DNA of 64,000 nucleotides from Patescibacteria group bacterium (GCA_041651535.1 JBAZIZ010000001.1:96368-160367); one strand, 5' to 3'; positions 36,518 to 47,789 are shown, counted from the first letter of the stretch. Made by a program: numbers and translations. The notes: a model not told the origin generated them from the sequence alone.

Positions 36518-37198
36518 TTATAATCTGTATTTTCCTGACTCTTCGTCAGAAATTATTTTTCCATCATGAATTGTGATAACTCTTTTTTTCAATCTATTAA
36601 CAATATCACGGTTATGAGTAACTAACAAAACAGTAGTTCCAAAATCATTTATTTTTTTTAAAATTTCAATTATTTCTTCGGTATTTATAGTATCCAAATT
36701 TCCTGTTGGTTCATCGGCTACTAAAATTTTTGGAGCGTGTACTAAAGAACGAGCGATTGCTACTCTTTGTTGTTCACCACCAGATAATTCATGTGGATAA
36801 GAAAATTTTTTATGACTTAAACCAACAATATCCATAACTCGTGGTACAACTTTTTCAATTCTTTTACGATTATCACCTGCAACTTCCAAAGCAAAAGAAA
36901 TGTTTTCTTCAACTGTCTTTTTTGCTAATAATTTAAAATCTTGAAAAATAACTCCAATCTGACGACGTAAAAAAGGAATTTCTTTATTTGAAATATTTGT
37001 TATATCCCAACCGCCTATTTCTATTTTTCCATTATCTGGTCTTTCTTCAGCAATAATCAATTTTACTAAAGTTGTTTTTCCTGTACCACTTTGTCCAACC
37101 AAAGACACAAATTCTCCAGCTTTAATTTGTAAATTAATATCTTTTAGACCAAAACTATCTCGGCTATATTGTTTGTGAATATTTTTTAAATTGATCAT
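36518..37198 (-). CDS. ftsE: cell-division ATP-binding protein FtsE
   Basis: Walker A GQSGTGKTT; ABC signature LSGGEQQRVAIARS; Walker B ILVADEPT. Confidence 0.9.
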   Translation of the reverse strand: MINLKNIHKQYSRDSFGLKDINLQIKAGEFVSLVGQSGTGKTTLVKLIIAEERPDNGKIEIGGWDITNISNKEIPFLRRQIGVIFQDFKLLAKKTVEENISFALEVAGDNRKRIEKVVPRVMDIVGLSHKKFSYPHELSGGEQQRVAIARSLVHAPKILVADEPTGNLDTINTEEIIEILKKINDFGTTVLLVTHNRDIVNRLKKRVITIHDGKIISDEESGKYRL

Positions 37199-37280
37199 AC
37201 AAAAACATTATATCATTTTTTAGAAAAAAACACTAAACAAAAAAGAAATATTATACACAATATTTCTTTTTTTATTTTCT

Positions 37281-39575
37281 TTACTTTGTATTTTCAGAAT
37301 TTCCAGCAGTTAAACTTTTTATTTTGTCTATAACTATTTGATTGTCTGGTAATAATTCTTTTAATTTATAATAATTTTCTAAAGCTGAATTTTTATCATT
37401 TTTTCCTTCATATAATAAACCCAAACTATAATAAGCATTAGAATATTTGGAATTTAATTGAATAACATATTGCCAAATTTTTTCAGCATAATCGCGGTCA
37501 TCACCTTTGTTGCGATTATAAAGTACTCGTGCATAATTATACAAAAATTCATATTCCTGATTAGCGTTACTAATAATTCTTTCATAAGTTGCCAGTGATT
37601 TATCATAATCACCTTGCTTTTCATAAACTGATGCTAACCCAATATAAGCTGTATAATAATCATTTTTTAATTCTATTGCTTTTTCATAATTTTTTATTGC
37701 TTCATCATTATTTTCTTTATTTAAATAATAATTACCAATAAAATAAAAGAATGATGGATTTGTTGGTTCAAGTTCTATACATTTTTCATAAGAAATTTTT
37801 TCCCAATCTTTTGCTTCATTTAAAAATAAAGAAGCATTTCCATACATTGAAGCTAAATTTTCCCAAAGTCCAACTGAATTTGGTGCTAAATCAGTTGCTA
37901 ATTTAGCATAATTTACTGCTTGTGCTACTAAAACACTGATTTCTTGAGCATTAGACTCTGTTTTTTGACTAAGTTCAACTGCTCGATTTAAATAAGCTTT
38001 GGCAGCAGCTACGTAATATTTATTTTCAGTTTTTCGATAATTGACAGCTTTGCTCAAATTATTTGCTACTGTCTCAAAATCTTGTGCAGAAATCGCTTTA
38101 GCATAAAAAAATTCAGCTCGATAAAGTTTAATACCCAAAACACTAGCTAAAACTACAAAAACCAAAATTACGATTGAGATAAAAGAAAAAGCTAAAGATT
38201 TTTCTGGAGTATTTTCGATTGTCAAAACTTTTTTAGAAATTATTTTTGAATTAGAAAAAGATAATCCAACAATAATCAAACCTAATAATAAAAACCAAAG
38301 CCACCACAAAACTGTATCTAGAAAAGTAAAAAACATAATTACAGTCAAAGTAAACCAAACTACTGAAACAATAAGCAAATCAATAAAATCCTGGATTTCA
38401 TTAGTAAAATTATCCAATAATTCTTTTATGGTTGATTTACTTTCTTTAATGTTTGAATAGCTTACATTTAAAATAAAACCAAAAACATAAACTATCACAT
38501 AAAGAAAAACAACAAAAAATAAAATTCCAAATTCAGAAACTAATCCCAAAACACTATTGTTTGGTTGTCCAAAACGCAAATACCAAGCGGTAGAATCATA
38601 ATTAAAATCAATACTTCTAAATTTAGAAAATAAAATATCAAAAGTTCCAGGGCCACCGCCAAGTGCAAAATTCTTTATACTCGAAAAACAAGAAGAAAAA
38701 GTTATATCAAAACTTGGTTTATAATTTAAACTCATTTCCATTGGTGTACCAGCTTGTAAAAAACTTGGGGTGCCAAAAACCAAAAAAACCACATTAAACA
38801 CTAAAAACAAAAACAAAACAGTCATGTTACCTACTTTAATATTTTTTGTGAATAAAACTCCGCTTACTATAAGCAAAGTTAAACCCAAAAACATAAACCA
38901 CCAAATCATTTTTAAATTTAAAACCATGATCACTATAAAAGAAAAAATTGCAAATAAAATAAAAATGGTTTTTTTAAAAATATTTTCTTCTTTTTTTAGT
39001 AATTTTCCTAGAGATAACAAAAATATCATTAGATTCCAAATCGCAAATCCACTAACTTTAGGATCAATCATGTTGATAGTATCAAAACCTAAATAAGACA
39101 AAATATTTATTTTAAAAATCAAAGATAAAACACTTACAAAAGAAATCACACCACCAACATAAATAATTCCATTTAAAAGAATTGACCATCTTTTTTTGTT
39201 TTCAGCAACATTAGTAATTAATAAATAAAAAATAACTAAAGATAAGAAAAAAACTAAACTGAAAATAAAATATTCTGTTTTACCTAAAAAACTTATATAT
39301 CTATTAGCTGAAAAAACAGTTGAAAAAAGTACCAAAACTGAAGCAATAGCTAATGGTATATCTAATATTGAATAATTATAAGTTATTTTTTTAGTAAAAA
39401 CTATTTTCAAAATATATAATAATAAACTAGCAAGCACCAACCCGGTAAATAAATATTGTTTAGATATTATATAATAATTAGATAAATTTTTATCAAGAAA
39501 AAACGGAACCAAAACTATAGTTGCCGCAAGTAAAGCAAAAGACAAAATGTCTATTATCTTAACAATTTTTGACAT
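37281..39575 (-). CDS. polytopic membrane protein with C-terminal TPR repeats (O-antigen ligase/Wzy-like region plausible)
   Basis: about 12 TM segments in the N-terminal 470 aa; C-terminal TPR repeats (e.g. AYIGLASVYEKQGDYDKSLATYERII). Confidence 0.55.
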   Translation of the reverse strand: MSKIVKIIDILSFALLAATIVLVPFFLDKNLSNYYIISKQYLFTGLVLASLLLYILKIVFTKKITYNYSILDIPLAIASVLVLFSTVFSANRYISFLGKTEYFIFSLVFFLSLVIFYLLITNVAENKKRWSILLNGIIYVGGVISFVSVLSLIFKINILSYLGFDTINMIDPKVSGFAIWNLMIFLLSLGKLLKKEENIFKKTIFILFAIFSFIVIMVLNLKMIWWFMFLGLTLLIVSGVLFTKNIKVGNMTVLFLFLVFNVVFLVFGTPSFLQAGTPMEMSLNYKPSFDITFSSCFSSIKNFALGGGPGTFDILFSKFRSIDFNYDSTAWYLRFGQPNNSVLGLVSEFGILFFVVFLYVIVYVFGFILNVSYSNIKESKSTIKELLDNFTNEIQDFIDLLIVSVVWFTLTVIMFFTFLDTVLWWLWFLLLGLIIVGLSFSNSKIISKKVLTIENTPEKSLAFSFISIVILVFVVLASVLGIKLYRAEFFYAKAISAQDFETVANNLSKAVNYRKTENKYYVAAAKAYLNRAVELSQKTESNAQEISVLVAQAVNYAKLATDLAPNSVGLWENLASMYGNASLFLNEAKDWEKISYEKCIELEPTNPSFFYFIGNYYLNKENNDEAIKNYEKAIELKNDYYTAYIGLASVYEKQGDYDKSLATYERIISNANQEYEFLYNYARVLYNRNKGDDRDYAEKIWQYVIQLNSKYSNAYYSLGLLYEGKNDKNSALENYYKLKELLPDNQIVIDKIKSLTAGNSENTK

Positions 39576-39647
39576 AGCTTTTTAAAAAAATTTAATAATA
39601 AATATGAAAAAGTAAATAAAAATTTACTTTTCTAATTTATCGTTAAT

Positions 39648-39992
39648 TTATTCTTTGTACGATTTAACATCACGTAAAACAGTTCGATCACGATGAGAAA
39701 CTTTACCTTTAATTTTTTCTAATTCTACCTTTAGATGATCTTTTACTTTATCAATCGCTTTGTATAAATCTTCAGAATCTTTTCTAACAGAAATTTTTTT
39801 ATTTAAAGCTTTAATATTAAATTCAGCAAAATAAACTTTACCTTTTTGATGATGTTTGTTTTCCAAACCTATAATAACATCTACATGTTCAATTTTTTCA
39901 ATAAATTTTCCCAAACTATTAGCTTTTTCTTCGACATAAGTACGAATTGCTTCTGTCAATTCAGTATTTATCGTTTGAATATTGATATTCAT
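39648..39992 (-). CDS. hpf: ribosome hibernation-promoting factor / RaiA family
   Basis: 114 aa; MNINIQ...ELTEAIRTYVEEK...VDVIIG...KGKVYFAEFNIKA pattern of YfiA/HPF. Confidence 0.8.
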   Translation of the reverse strand: MNINIQTINTELTEAIRTYVEEKANSLGKFIEKIEHVDVIIGLENKHHQKGKVYFAEFNIKALNKKISVRKDSEDLYKAIDKVKDHLKVELEKIKGKVSHRDRTVLRDVKSYKE

Positions 39993-40012
39993 ATAAATTA
40001 ATTATGAATAAA

Positions 40013-40969
40013 TTAAAAGTTAATTAGTTGAATTTCTTCTTCCAAAAGAACTTTGTATTTATTATACACTTTTTCTTTTATTTGTTCAATTAAATTTAGA
40101 ATATCAATCGCTTTCGCTGAAGAAAAATTCAAAATAAAATTAGCATGTTTATCACTAACCTTTGCTCCACCAACAGTAAAATCTTTTAAGCCACAACTAT
40201 CAATAAGCCAACCAGCAGGAACTTTTCCACTTTCTACAAAATTTTGTGGAATTAAATCTAAAACTTCTTCTGAAAAAAAATCAATAGAAACATTTTTAAA
40301 AGTACAGCCAGCTGTCGGAAAACCTTGTGGTTGTGAATTTGTTCTTTTAGATAACAAGTCAAAAGTTTTCTTTTGAATGACTGAACCATCTGTTTTTTTT
40401 AATTTTAACCAAGCTTGTAAAATAATTGCTTTATTTTTTTTAAAAATACTGTTTCGATAAGAAAAAACACAAGCAGCTGAATCATATTCTAAAATTTCTC
40501 CGTTTTCATAAACTAAAACTTTTTGCAGACTATCTTTTATTTCTGCTTCTGGTAAACCAGCATTACCTCGAACTGCACCACCGATAGTTCCTGGAACTCC
40601 TATTCCCCATTCAAAACCTGATAAAGAATTTTTCAAAGCAAATTGAGCTATTTCTGAATTTAAACAACCTGATTCAACAATTAAAACTTCTGGATCTTCT
40701 ACAGAAATTTCTTTAGCATTACACGCATTAAAAATCACAACTCCTTCAAAATCATTATCAGAAAAAAGTAAATTCGTGCCTCCACCAATAATAATATATT
40801 TTATTCCTTCCGCATCCAAAAATTTTAATAATTCTTCCAAAAATTTTATATTATTTACTGAAATAAAATATTTAGCAATTCCACCAACTTTAAAACTACA
40901 ATGTTTTGCTAATGATTCATTGGCTTTGACTTTACCGTATTTTTTAATTTCATTATAAATATAGTCCAT
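40013..40969 (-). CDS. murB: UDP-N-acetylenolpyruvoylglucosamine reductase MurB
   Basis: FAD-binding IIIGGGTNLLFSD; MurB C-terminal domain. Confidence 0.85.
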   Translation of the reverse strand: MDYIYNEIKKYGKVKANESLAKHCSFKVGGIAKYFISVNNIKFLEELLKFLDAEGIKYIIIGGGTNLLFSDNDFEGVVIFNACNAKEISVEDPEVLIVESGCLNSEIAQFALKNSLSGFEWGIGVPGTIGGAVRGNAGLPEAEIKDSLQKVLVYENGEILEYDSAACVFSYRNSIFKKNKAIILQAWLKLKKTDGSVIQKKTFDLLSKRTNSQPQGFPTAGCTFKNVSIDFFSEEVLDLIPQNFVESGKVPAGWLIDSCGLKDFTVGGAKVSDKHANFILNFSSAKAIDILNLIEQIKEKVYNKYKVLLEEEIQLINF

Positions 40970-41016
40970 ATTTTTTTCTTGATTTTTTCCTTTATTTTGC
41001 TATAATTGTTTTTATT

Positions 41017-42228
41017 ATGATAGATCTAAAAAACAATAATGTTATTTATGTCAGCCGAGATCTGGAAAGAGCCTTGGCTTTTGATTTGGATAATCCAAAT
41101 TATTATATTATCTCAAATAACAGCGATTTTGCCAAGTCTCTTACACAAAAAAATATTTTACTTATCAACTCAGAAAGACAATTAGACACTTGGGAACTTT
41201 TGGAACACGAGGAAACTAAAAATTTTATTAAAAATATTTCAAATCCACAAATTTTAGTTTTTAAAAATACTCGACAAATTGAACGAATTTGTGAAACAAA
41301 TTCTTGGAAACTTCTAAATCCATCAGCACAATTAGCAACTTTTATTGAAGAAAAAATCAGTCAAACAAAATTTCTTAAAGATTTAACTTCTCTATTGCCA
41401 AAATTTGAAATAAAACTTTGTCGCGACATAAAATGGCAAAATAAAAAATTTATTTTACAATTTAATCGTGCACATACTGGCAGTGGCACTTTTTTTATCA
41501 AAAATAAAAAACAATTAGAAGAAATAACAAAAAATTTTCCTAATCGTGAAGCTAAAATCAGTGAATATATAAAAGGTCCAGTTTTAACTAGTAACAATCC
41601 ATTAGCAGCTGATAAAACTTTAGTTGGTAATATCAGTTATCAAATAACTGGCGTGAAAAAATTTACTGATAATAAATTTTCAACTATTGGTAATGATTGG
41701 TTTTTGGGGAAACAAATTTTATCAGAAAAACAAAAAAAAGAATATGAAGATATAGTTTTTCAAGTCGGAGAAAAAATGCGTGCTAGTGGTTGGCAAGGAC
41801 TTTTTGGGGTTGATGTTATAATGGACGAAAAAACTGGTAAACTTTATTTACTTGAGATCAATGCTCGTCAACCAGCTTCGACAACTTATGAAAGTACTTT
41901 ACAAAGATATTTTCAAAAAGATAGAAATCAAATTACTGTTTTTGAAGCACATTTACTTGCTTTACTTGAAAATAAAATTGATTCTGAATTAATTACCATA
42001 ACAGATGGCGCACAAATTTTACGCCGAATTTTAAAAAATAAAAAAAATAAATTAGTTGAAAAACAATTACAAAAAATAAAGGATAAATTTAATTTAAATG
42101 TGATTTTATATCAAAATGAAAAAGAAAATTCTGAATTAGCTCGTTTTCAAACTAAAACTCATTTTTTAAAAAAACATAATAAAATAAACAGACTGGCAAA
42201 AAAAATAAAAAAAATTAGTGCAATCTAA
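41017..42228 (+). CDS. ATP-grasp domain ligase
   Basis: GLFGVDVIMDEKTGKLYLLEINARQPAS ATP-grasp C-terminal motif. Confidence 0.55.
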   Translation: MIDLKNNNVIYVSRDLERALAFDLDNPNYYIISNNSDFAKSLTQKNILLINSERQLDTWELLEHEETKNFIKNISNPQILVFKNTRQIERICETNSWKLLNPSAQLATFIEEKISQTKFLKDLTSLLPKFEIKLCRDIKWQNKKFILQFNRAHTGSGTFFIKNKKQLEEITKNFPNREAKISEYIKGPVLTSNNPLAADKTLVGNISYQITGVKKFTDNKFSTIGNDWFLGKQILSEKQKKEYEDIVFQVGEKMRASGWQGLFGVDVIMDEKTGKLYLLEINARQPASTTYESTLQRYFQKDRNQITVFEAHLLALLENKIDSELITITDGAQILRRILKNKKNKLVEKQLQKIKDKFNLNVILYQNEKENSELARFQTKTHFLKKHNKINRLAKKIKKISAI

Positions 42229-42231
42229 AAT

Positions 42232-42969
42232 ATGAAAGAAAAAACAATAAAACTTATCAATGATTATTTAAATTTGCCATTAGGAGCACAAAATGTTTCT
42301 TGTCCTTATTATAATAACAAAAAAAAAGGTTCTCGCATCGGTTTACGTGTACTTATTGGTAAAGGGTTGCCTCAAGAAATAATCGACGAAGCTAAAATTT
42401 TTGCAATCAAACAAAAAATCAATTTACAAAATTTAACTAATGATGAACTAAAAAAATTTTTAGTAGAAAATAATTTGGGTATAGATTGTTCTGGATTAGT
42501 TTATCATCTTTTAAACGCTGAGTTTGGTAATTTAAAATTATTTTATCCGCAAGCAAAAAATATTTTTAGAAAAATAATTATAAAAATGCGACCAGTTGAA
42601 AATACTAGTGTTTTAATTTTGCATAATGAAAAAAATTCTATTGAAATTAATTTAAATGAAATTCAGACTGGAAATTTTATTATCAGTTTAAATGGCGGCT
42701 CACAAAAAAACTATAATCATATAATTTTCATAGAAAAAGTTGTTAAAGAAAATAATGTGGTAAAACAAATAGACTATATTCATTCTTTTAAATGGCCGGA
42801 AGATGGACTTTATAATCATGGAGTTAGAAGAGGAAAAATAGAAATTACTGATATAAATAAAAATATTTTAGAACAAAATTGGATAGAAAAAGATAAAACT
42901 GGAGAAAACAATTGGACACTGACTTATTTAAAAACTGCAGAAAAAGTAAAGATTAAAAAATTAAAATAG
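42232..42969 (+). CDS. putative NlpC/P60-like cysteine peptidase / amidase
   Basis: GIDCSGLVYHLL (DCSG catalytic Cys motif) and downstream His (HIIFIE). Confidence 0.4.
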   Translation: MKEKTIKLINDYLNLPLGAQNVSCPYYNNKKKGSRIGLRVLIGKGLPQEIIDEAKIFAIKQKINLQNLTNDELKKFLVENNLGIDCSGLVYHLLNAEFGNLKLFYPQAKNIFRKIIIKMRPVENTSVLILHNEKNSIEINLNEIQTGNFIISLNGGSQKNYNHIIFIEKVVKENNVVKQIDYIHSFKWPEDGLYNHGVRRGKIEITDINKNILEQNWIEKDKTGENNWTLTYLKTAEKVKIKKLK

Positions 42970-43124
42970 AAGTTAAAAACTGAAAGTCTTTGACTAAAAA
43001 GTTATAAAACCTTGTTTAATTTAAAAAAACAAATTCAGACTTTTTTTCTTCTTGTTTGACGGCAGACAGATTGACCTTTGGCTATTTTATGCTATAATAA
43101 ACAAATAAATTTTGTTTAAAAAAT

Positions 43125-44255
43125 ATGGTAATTACAGCGGAAACTTCAGAAATTTTAAAACAATCAATTGGTTTTGGACTTGCTTCTTTTTTTATTGCTT
43201 TTATTTGGGCTCCATTTTTAATAAAATTTTTATACAAAAAAAATTTAACTCGTCGCAACGAATATGATGCAACCTTAGCTATGGGTGCTCGACAAAATAA
43301 AATCGGTGTTCCAGTAATGGGTGGACTTTTGGTCATTATTACAGTTGCAATTATTACTTTTATTTTTAATTGGAATCGGAGTTTTACTTGGGTTCCAATT
43401 GGTGTCATGCTTTTAGCTTCACTGCTTGGTGGAATTGATGACTTTTTAAATATTTATGGTAAAAAAAGACGTAGCCGAAAATTAACTCAAGTTTTCCGTT
43501 TAATTTATGTCCATAAAGATTGGAAAATGAGATTATGGTATTTTATAACATTACCTTGGACTATTTTTGAAAGATCCTCAGTTTGGCTTAGTCGCGAACA
43601 AAGTAAAGGTGTTCATATTCATGAAAAACTTTTATTACAATTTTTAGCTGGTGCAATTACTGCTTGGTGGATTTATTTTAAACTCGGCGAACATTGGCGA
43701 AGTATCAATCTTCCTTTTGATGGAGCTATTGACATCGGTTGGTTTATTATTCCGCTTATTATTTTTTTTGTGATGTTTACTGCCAATGCTGTTAATGTTG
43801 CAGATGGTATGGATGGTTTAGCTGGTGGTGCGTTAATTATAACTTTTTTAGCTTTAACTTTAATCAGCTGTTTGGAAGGTTATCCAGAAATGGCAATTTT
43901 AAATTCTACCACGGCTGGAGCTTTAGCTGCTTACACCTATTTCAATATAAAACCAGCTAGATTTCAAATGGGAGATGTCGGTTCTCTTGGATTAGGAGCT
44001 TTATTGGCAATTAACGCAATTGTTATAAATAAAATGTTATTTTTACCATTTTTTGCTTTTATATTTTTTATAGAACTGTTAAGTGTAATTTTACAAGTTT
44101 TTGGTAGAATTTTTTTAGGAAAGAGAATATTCAAAATGGCTCCACTCCATTATCATTTTGCTTTGCGAGGTTGGAGTGAAGAAAAAACCGTTATGCGTTT
44201 TTGGCTATTACATTTGATGGTTGTTTTATTTGGAATTTGGTCAGTACTTTTTTAA
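43125..44255 (+). CDS. mraY: phospho-N-acetylmuramoyl-pentapeptide transferase MraY
   Basis: NAVNVADGMDGLAGG and APLHYHFALRGWSE motifs; 10 TM segments. Confidence 0.85.
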   Translation: MVITAETSEILKQSIGFGLASFFIAFIWAPFLIKFLYKKNLTRRNEYDATLAMGARQNKIGVPVMGGLLVIITVAIITFIFNWNRSFTWVPIGVMLLASLLGGIDDFLNIYGKKRRSRKLTQVFRLIYVHKDWKMRLWYFITLPWTIFERSSVWLSREQSKGVHIHEKLLLQFLAGAITAWWIYFKLGEHWRSINLPFDGAIDIGWFIIPLIIFFVMFTANAVNVADGMDGLAGGALIITFLALTLISCLEGYPEMAILNSTTAGALAAYTYFNIKPARFQMGDVGSLGLGALLAINAIVINKMLFLPFFAFIFFIELLSVILQVFGRIFLGKRIFKMAPLHYHFALRGWSEEKTVMRFWLLHLMVVLFGIWSVLF

Positions 44256-44258
44256 AAT

Positions 44259-44918
44259 ATGTATTTAAAATGGGATGAAACAAAAATTGAAGATTTTTCA
44301 GAAAAAAATATTAGCAAGCTTTATAATCAAGGCTTTGTTTTTACTAGAATAGATCATGGTATTTTAAATCAAACAAGAAGTTTAAGAATAGATTTAAAAA
44401 ATTTTGAATTTACTAGTGAAAATAAACGAATTTTAAGAAAAACCGAAAAAATAAAATTAGAAAATACTTCCCTACCTTATTCAAATTATAATTGGTCAAT
44501 TGCTAAATTAGCAAAAGATTTTTATGAAAAAAAATTTGGAAAAAATATTTTTTCAGCTAACAAAATCAAAGAAATTTTAACTACAAATAAAAACAATTTT
44601 AACCAGCTTTTGATATATAAAGAAAATGATGAAAATATTGGTTTTGCAATTTGCTACGAAAATGAAGAGATTTTACATTATTCATATCCTTTTTATAATC
44701 TGAAAAATGAAAACAAAAATATTGGTATGGGTATGATGCTCAAAGCAATCGAATACGCAAAAAAAAATAACAAAAAATATGTTTACCTTGGTTCAGCTCA
44801 AAGACCAAGTGATGTTTATAAATTTCAATTCAAAAATATGGAATTTTTTTCTGGGGAAAATTGGAGCAAAAATTTTGACGATTTAAAGGAAGCTCTTAAA
44901 TATGGAGACAACAAATAA
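44259..44918 (+). CDS. hypothetical protein, possibly FemAB/aminoacyl-transferase-fold acyltransferase
   Basis: weak GNAT/FemAB-like pattern (IGFAICYEN...YVYLGSAQ); context of cell-wall genes. Confidence 0.25.
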   Translation: MYLKWDETKIEDFSEKNISKLYNQGFVFTRIDHGILNQTRSLRIDLKNFEFTSENKRILRKTEKIKLENTSLPYSNYNWSIAKLAKDFYEKKFGKNIFSANKIKEILTTNKNNFNQLLIYKENDENIGFAICYENEEILHYSYPFYNLKNENKNIGMGMMLKAIEYAKKNNKKYVYLGSAQRPSDVYKFQFKNMEFFSGENWSKNFDDLKEALKYGDNK

Positions 44919-45816
44919 AAATCTCAAAAAACTTGAAAAATATTTTATTGCGGGAATAGATTTTATGGTTGATAAAAATGGAAAAGTTTATTTTATTGAA
45001 GCAAACAGTGTCCCTGGTTTATTTAGATCTTTAGAAAAAAAATATAAAAATGATAAAATTTTTTTAGAAATCAAAAAAGAAATTGGCCAAAATAAATATC
45101 TTTTTATCTATAATGAAAAAAATTATAATGAAGTTGAGTCCAGATATAAAATAAAAAAATTTAAAAAATATTTTGGTAAAAATAATTGTGCAGTAAAAAT
45201 TATAACTGATTTAAAAACAGATAGTATCAAAAACTGTGTTTCTGAAATAACCAAAGCAGATACCAAAGCTATCATTTATACTCCTTTTTTAAAAATAAAA
45301 AAAGAATTAACAAAAAAAAATTATTCCTACGTTTTCAACCCTTATCCCCTAGCCAAATTAACAATAGATAAAACAATTTTATATTCTAAATTACATTCAA
45401 CAAAAAACTTTCAAATTCCTTTGTCTTATCATTTTAAAACTAAAACAGAACTCCTAAAAATTATTAAAAATAAAAAATTAAATAACTGTGTTATCAAACC
45501 AAGATTTGGACAAAAAGGAAAAAATATATTTATAATTGACGAACCAAAACAAATAAAAAATATTAAATTAAAAAAAGACAATTGGATTCTTCAAGAAAAA
45601 ATTGAAATAAATAAAATAAAAAATAAATTTTATGATATTCGTGCTTTAGCCATCAATGGAACTTTTTTTAACTGCGTTGGTAGAATGTCAAAAAATCCTG
45701 TGGTTAATGTTTCTCTTGGTGGTAAAACTTTTGTTATAGACAAAAATACAAAGAAAAAAATTAAATTAGCTACTGAAGACGTAATCAAACAAATAAACAA
45801 ACTAATCAAAAAATAA
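44902..45816 (+). CDS. ATP-grasp family protein (RimK/glutathione-synthetase-like)
   Basis: CVIKPRFGQKGKNIFII and C-terminal ATP-grasp motifs. Confidence 0.45.
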   Translation: METTNKNLKKLEKYFIAGIDFMVDKNGKVYFIEANSVPGLFRSLEKKYKNDKIFLEIKKEIGQNKYLFIYNEKNYNEVESRYKIKKFKKYFGKNNCAVKIITDLKTDSIKNCVSEITKADTKAIIYTPFLKIKKELTKKNYSYVFNPYPLAKLTIDKTILYSKLHSTKNFQIPLSYHFKTKTELLKIIKNKKLNNCVIKPRFGQKGKNIFIIDEPKQIKNIKLKKDNWILQEKIEINKIKNKFYDIRALAINGTFFNCVGRMSKNPVVNVSLGGKTFVIDKNTKKKIKLATEDVIKQINKLIKK

Positions 45817-45821
45817 TAATT

Positions 45822-47228
45822 ATGAAAATTCATTTTATAGGAATTTGTGGAGTAGCAATGGGCTCATTAGCACTTGCTATGAAAAATCAAGGACATGATA
45901 TATCTGGTAGCGATGTTGGTTTTTTTCCACCGCTTTCAACTTTTTTAAATGAACACCAAATAAATTATTATCCTGGTTGGCATGTAGAAAAAATGATTAA
46001 AAATGGAAATCCTGATTTAGTTGTTGTTGGCAATGTAGCTGCTAGCTCAAATCCTGAATGGCTTTATGTTCAAGAAAAAAAACTTGATTATGTTTCTTAT
46101 CCAGAACTCATAGAAAAATTTTTTATAACAAAAAATAATATTGTTTGTGCAGGAACTTATGGAAAAACAAGTACTACAGCTTTATTAGCATTTATTTTAA
46201 AAGAAAATGATTTAAACCCAAATTATATGTTTGGCGGTTTGAGTCAAGAAAAAAAATTTTTAGCAGCTGAAATTAATGGTGGTAATTTTTCTGTTCTTGA
46301 AGGCGACGAATATAAAAGTTCTCGTTGGGATGAAAAAGCCAAATTTTTTCACTATCATCCAACTCACTTATTATTAACTGCTTTAAAATGGGATCATGCA
46401 GATATTTACAAAACTGAAAAAGATTATTTTGCTGCTTTCCAAAGTTTAGTTAATAATTTAAAAAAAGATTCTTTATTAATTTTATCAGAAGACTTAAAAT
46501 CTGGTCCGCTCAAATTTTCAAATTTAAAAATCAAAACTTACGGAAAAAATTTAACTGCTGATTATTTTTATTCTGATTTAAAACAAACTACAGATGGAAT
46601 AGAATTTCAAATAAATTTTACAGAAAAAAATAATAAACAAAAAATTAAAATAAATTCTCCACTTCTTGGGGACTATATGGCTGAAAATATCACAGCTTGT
46701 TTTTCTCTAGCTCATGAAATCGGTCTGGATACAAAAAAAATAATTGCTTCTATCAAAAAATTTTCTGGATTAAAAAGAAGAATGGAAAAAATTTTAGACA
46801 AAGATGTTGTTATTATTGATGATATCGCCCACTCCCCAATCAAAGCAAATTCAGTTCTAAAAAATTTAAAAAAAACATACCAAGGAAAAATATATGCGAT
46901 TTTTGAACCAAATACCGGTAATCGCAAAAACGCAGCGACTTCAGCTTACCAAAATTCTTTTATTGATGCTGACGAAGTTATAATTCCTAAATTAACCCAA
47001 ATTAAAATTGATCCAAATGATTTAGAACCACCTTTTGATGGAAAAAAATTGAAAGAAATTATAGCCAAAAGTCATAAAAATTGTTTATATATTGAAGATG
47101 ATGAAAAATTAGTTTCTTATTTAATAAAAAAATTAAGAAAAAATGATGTAATTGTTTTTCTCGGTTCACATGGTTTTCGGGGCATGATAGATAATTTAAA
47201 AAATAAATTAGATAAAAAATTAATTTAA
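45822..47228 (+). CDS. Mur ligase, MurC/Mpl family
   Basis: N-terminal MKIHFIGICGVAMGSLALAMKNQGHDISGSD (MurC/Mpl Rossmann); AGTYGKTSTTALLAFIL P-loop. Confidence 0.8.
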   Translation: MKIHFIGICGVAMGSLALAMKNQGHDISGSDVGFFPPLSTFLNEHQINYYPGWHVEKMIKNGNPDLVVVGNVAASSNPEWLYVQEKKLDYVSYPELIEKFFITKNNIVCAGTYGKTSTTALLAFILKENDLNPNYMFGGLSQEKKFLAAEINGGNFSVLEGDEYKSSRWDEKAKFFHYHPTHLLLTALKWDHADIYKTEKDYFAAFQSLVNNLKKDSLLILSEDLKSGPLKFSNLKIKTYGKNLTADYFYSDLKQTTDGIEFQINFTEKNNKQKIKINSPLLGDYMAENITACFSLAHEIGLDTKKIIASIKKFSGLKRRMEKILDKDVVIIDDIAHSPIKANSVLKNLKKTYQGKIYAIFEPNTGNRKNAATSAYQNSFIDADEVIIPKLTQIKIDPNDLEPPFDGKKLKEIIAKSHKNCLYIEDDEKLVSYLIKKLRKNDVIVFLGSHGFRGMIDNLKNKLDKKLI

Positions 47229-47231
47229 AAT

Positions 47232-47789
47232 ATGAAAATTCCTAAACAAGCAAAAAAAGTTTATCAAGGAGTTTTATTTTCAGTTTATGAATGGCCACAA
47301 AAAATGTTTGACGGGACTATAAAAAAATTTGAAATGATCGCTCGCCAATCTTCAGTTGATGTCATTGCTCTTACTCCAGACAAAAAAATAATTACAATTT
47401 ATCAAACTCAACCAGGAAGAAAATGGTATCCTGGTTTACCGGGTGGACTTATTGAAAAAAATGAAAAACCACGAGCAGCAGCTATTCGTGAACTTTTAGA
47501 AGAAACTGGTTATAAAGCAAAAAAAATAAAACAAATTTGTCATTATGAAGGTTTTAGTAAATTTTATTTTCCTGAATATCAATTTGTGGCTAATGATTGT
47601 GTAAAAATTAGTAAACAAAAATTAGATGCTGGTGAAAAAATAAAAATTAGAATAAAAACTTTTGCTGAATTTTTAAATTTAGTTCGCAATCCTCTTTTTG
47701 CTGTTCCTCTCGGATTAAAACTCAAGATGTACGAAGCGCTTGTAGACAAAAATAAATATAATGAATTTAAAAAAAATTTAGGAATCTAG
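47232..47789 (+). CDS. NUDIX hydrolase
   Basis: Nudix box GGLIEKNEKPRAAAIRELLEETGY. Confidence 0.75.
   Translation: MKIPKQAKKVYQGVLFSVYEWPQKMFDGTIKKFEMIARQSSVDVIALTPDKKIITIYQTQPGRKWYPGLPGGLIEKNEKPRAAAIRELLEETGYKAKKIKQICHYEGFSKFYFPEYQFVANDCVKISKQKLDAGEKIKIRIKTFAEFLNLVRNPLFAVPLGLKLKMYEALVDKNKYNEFKKNLGI

Noticed and set aside
43082-43408. ORF 43082..43408 (-), 108 aa
   Set aside because: Antisense to the 5' end of mraY, with no independent support; spurious.
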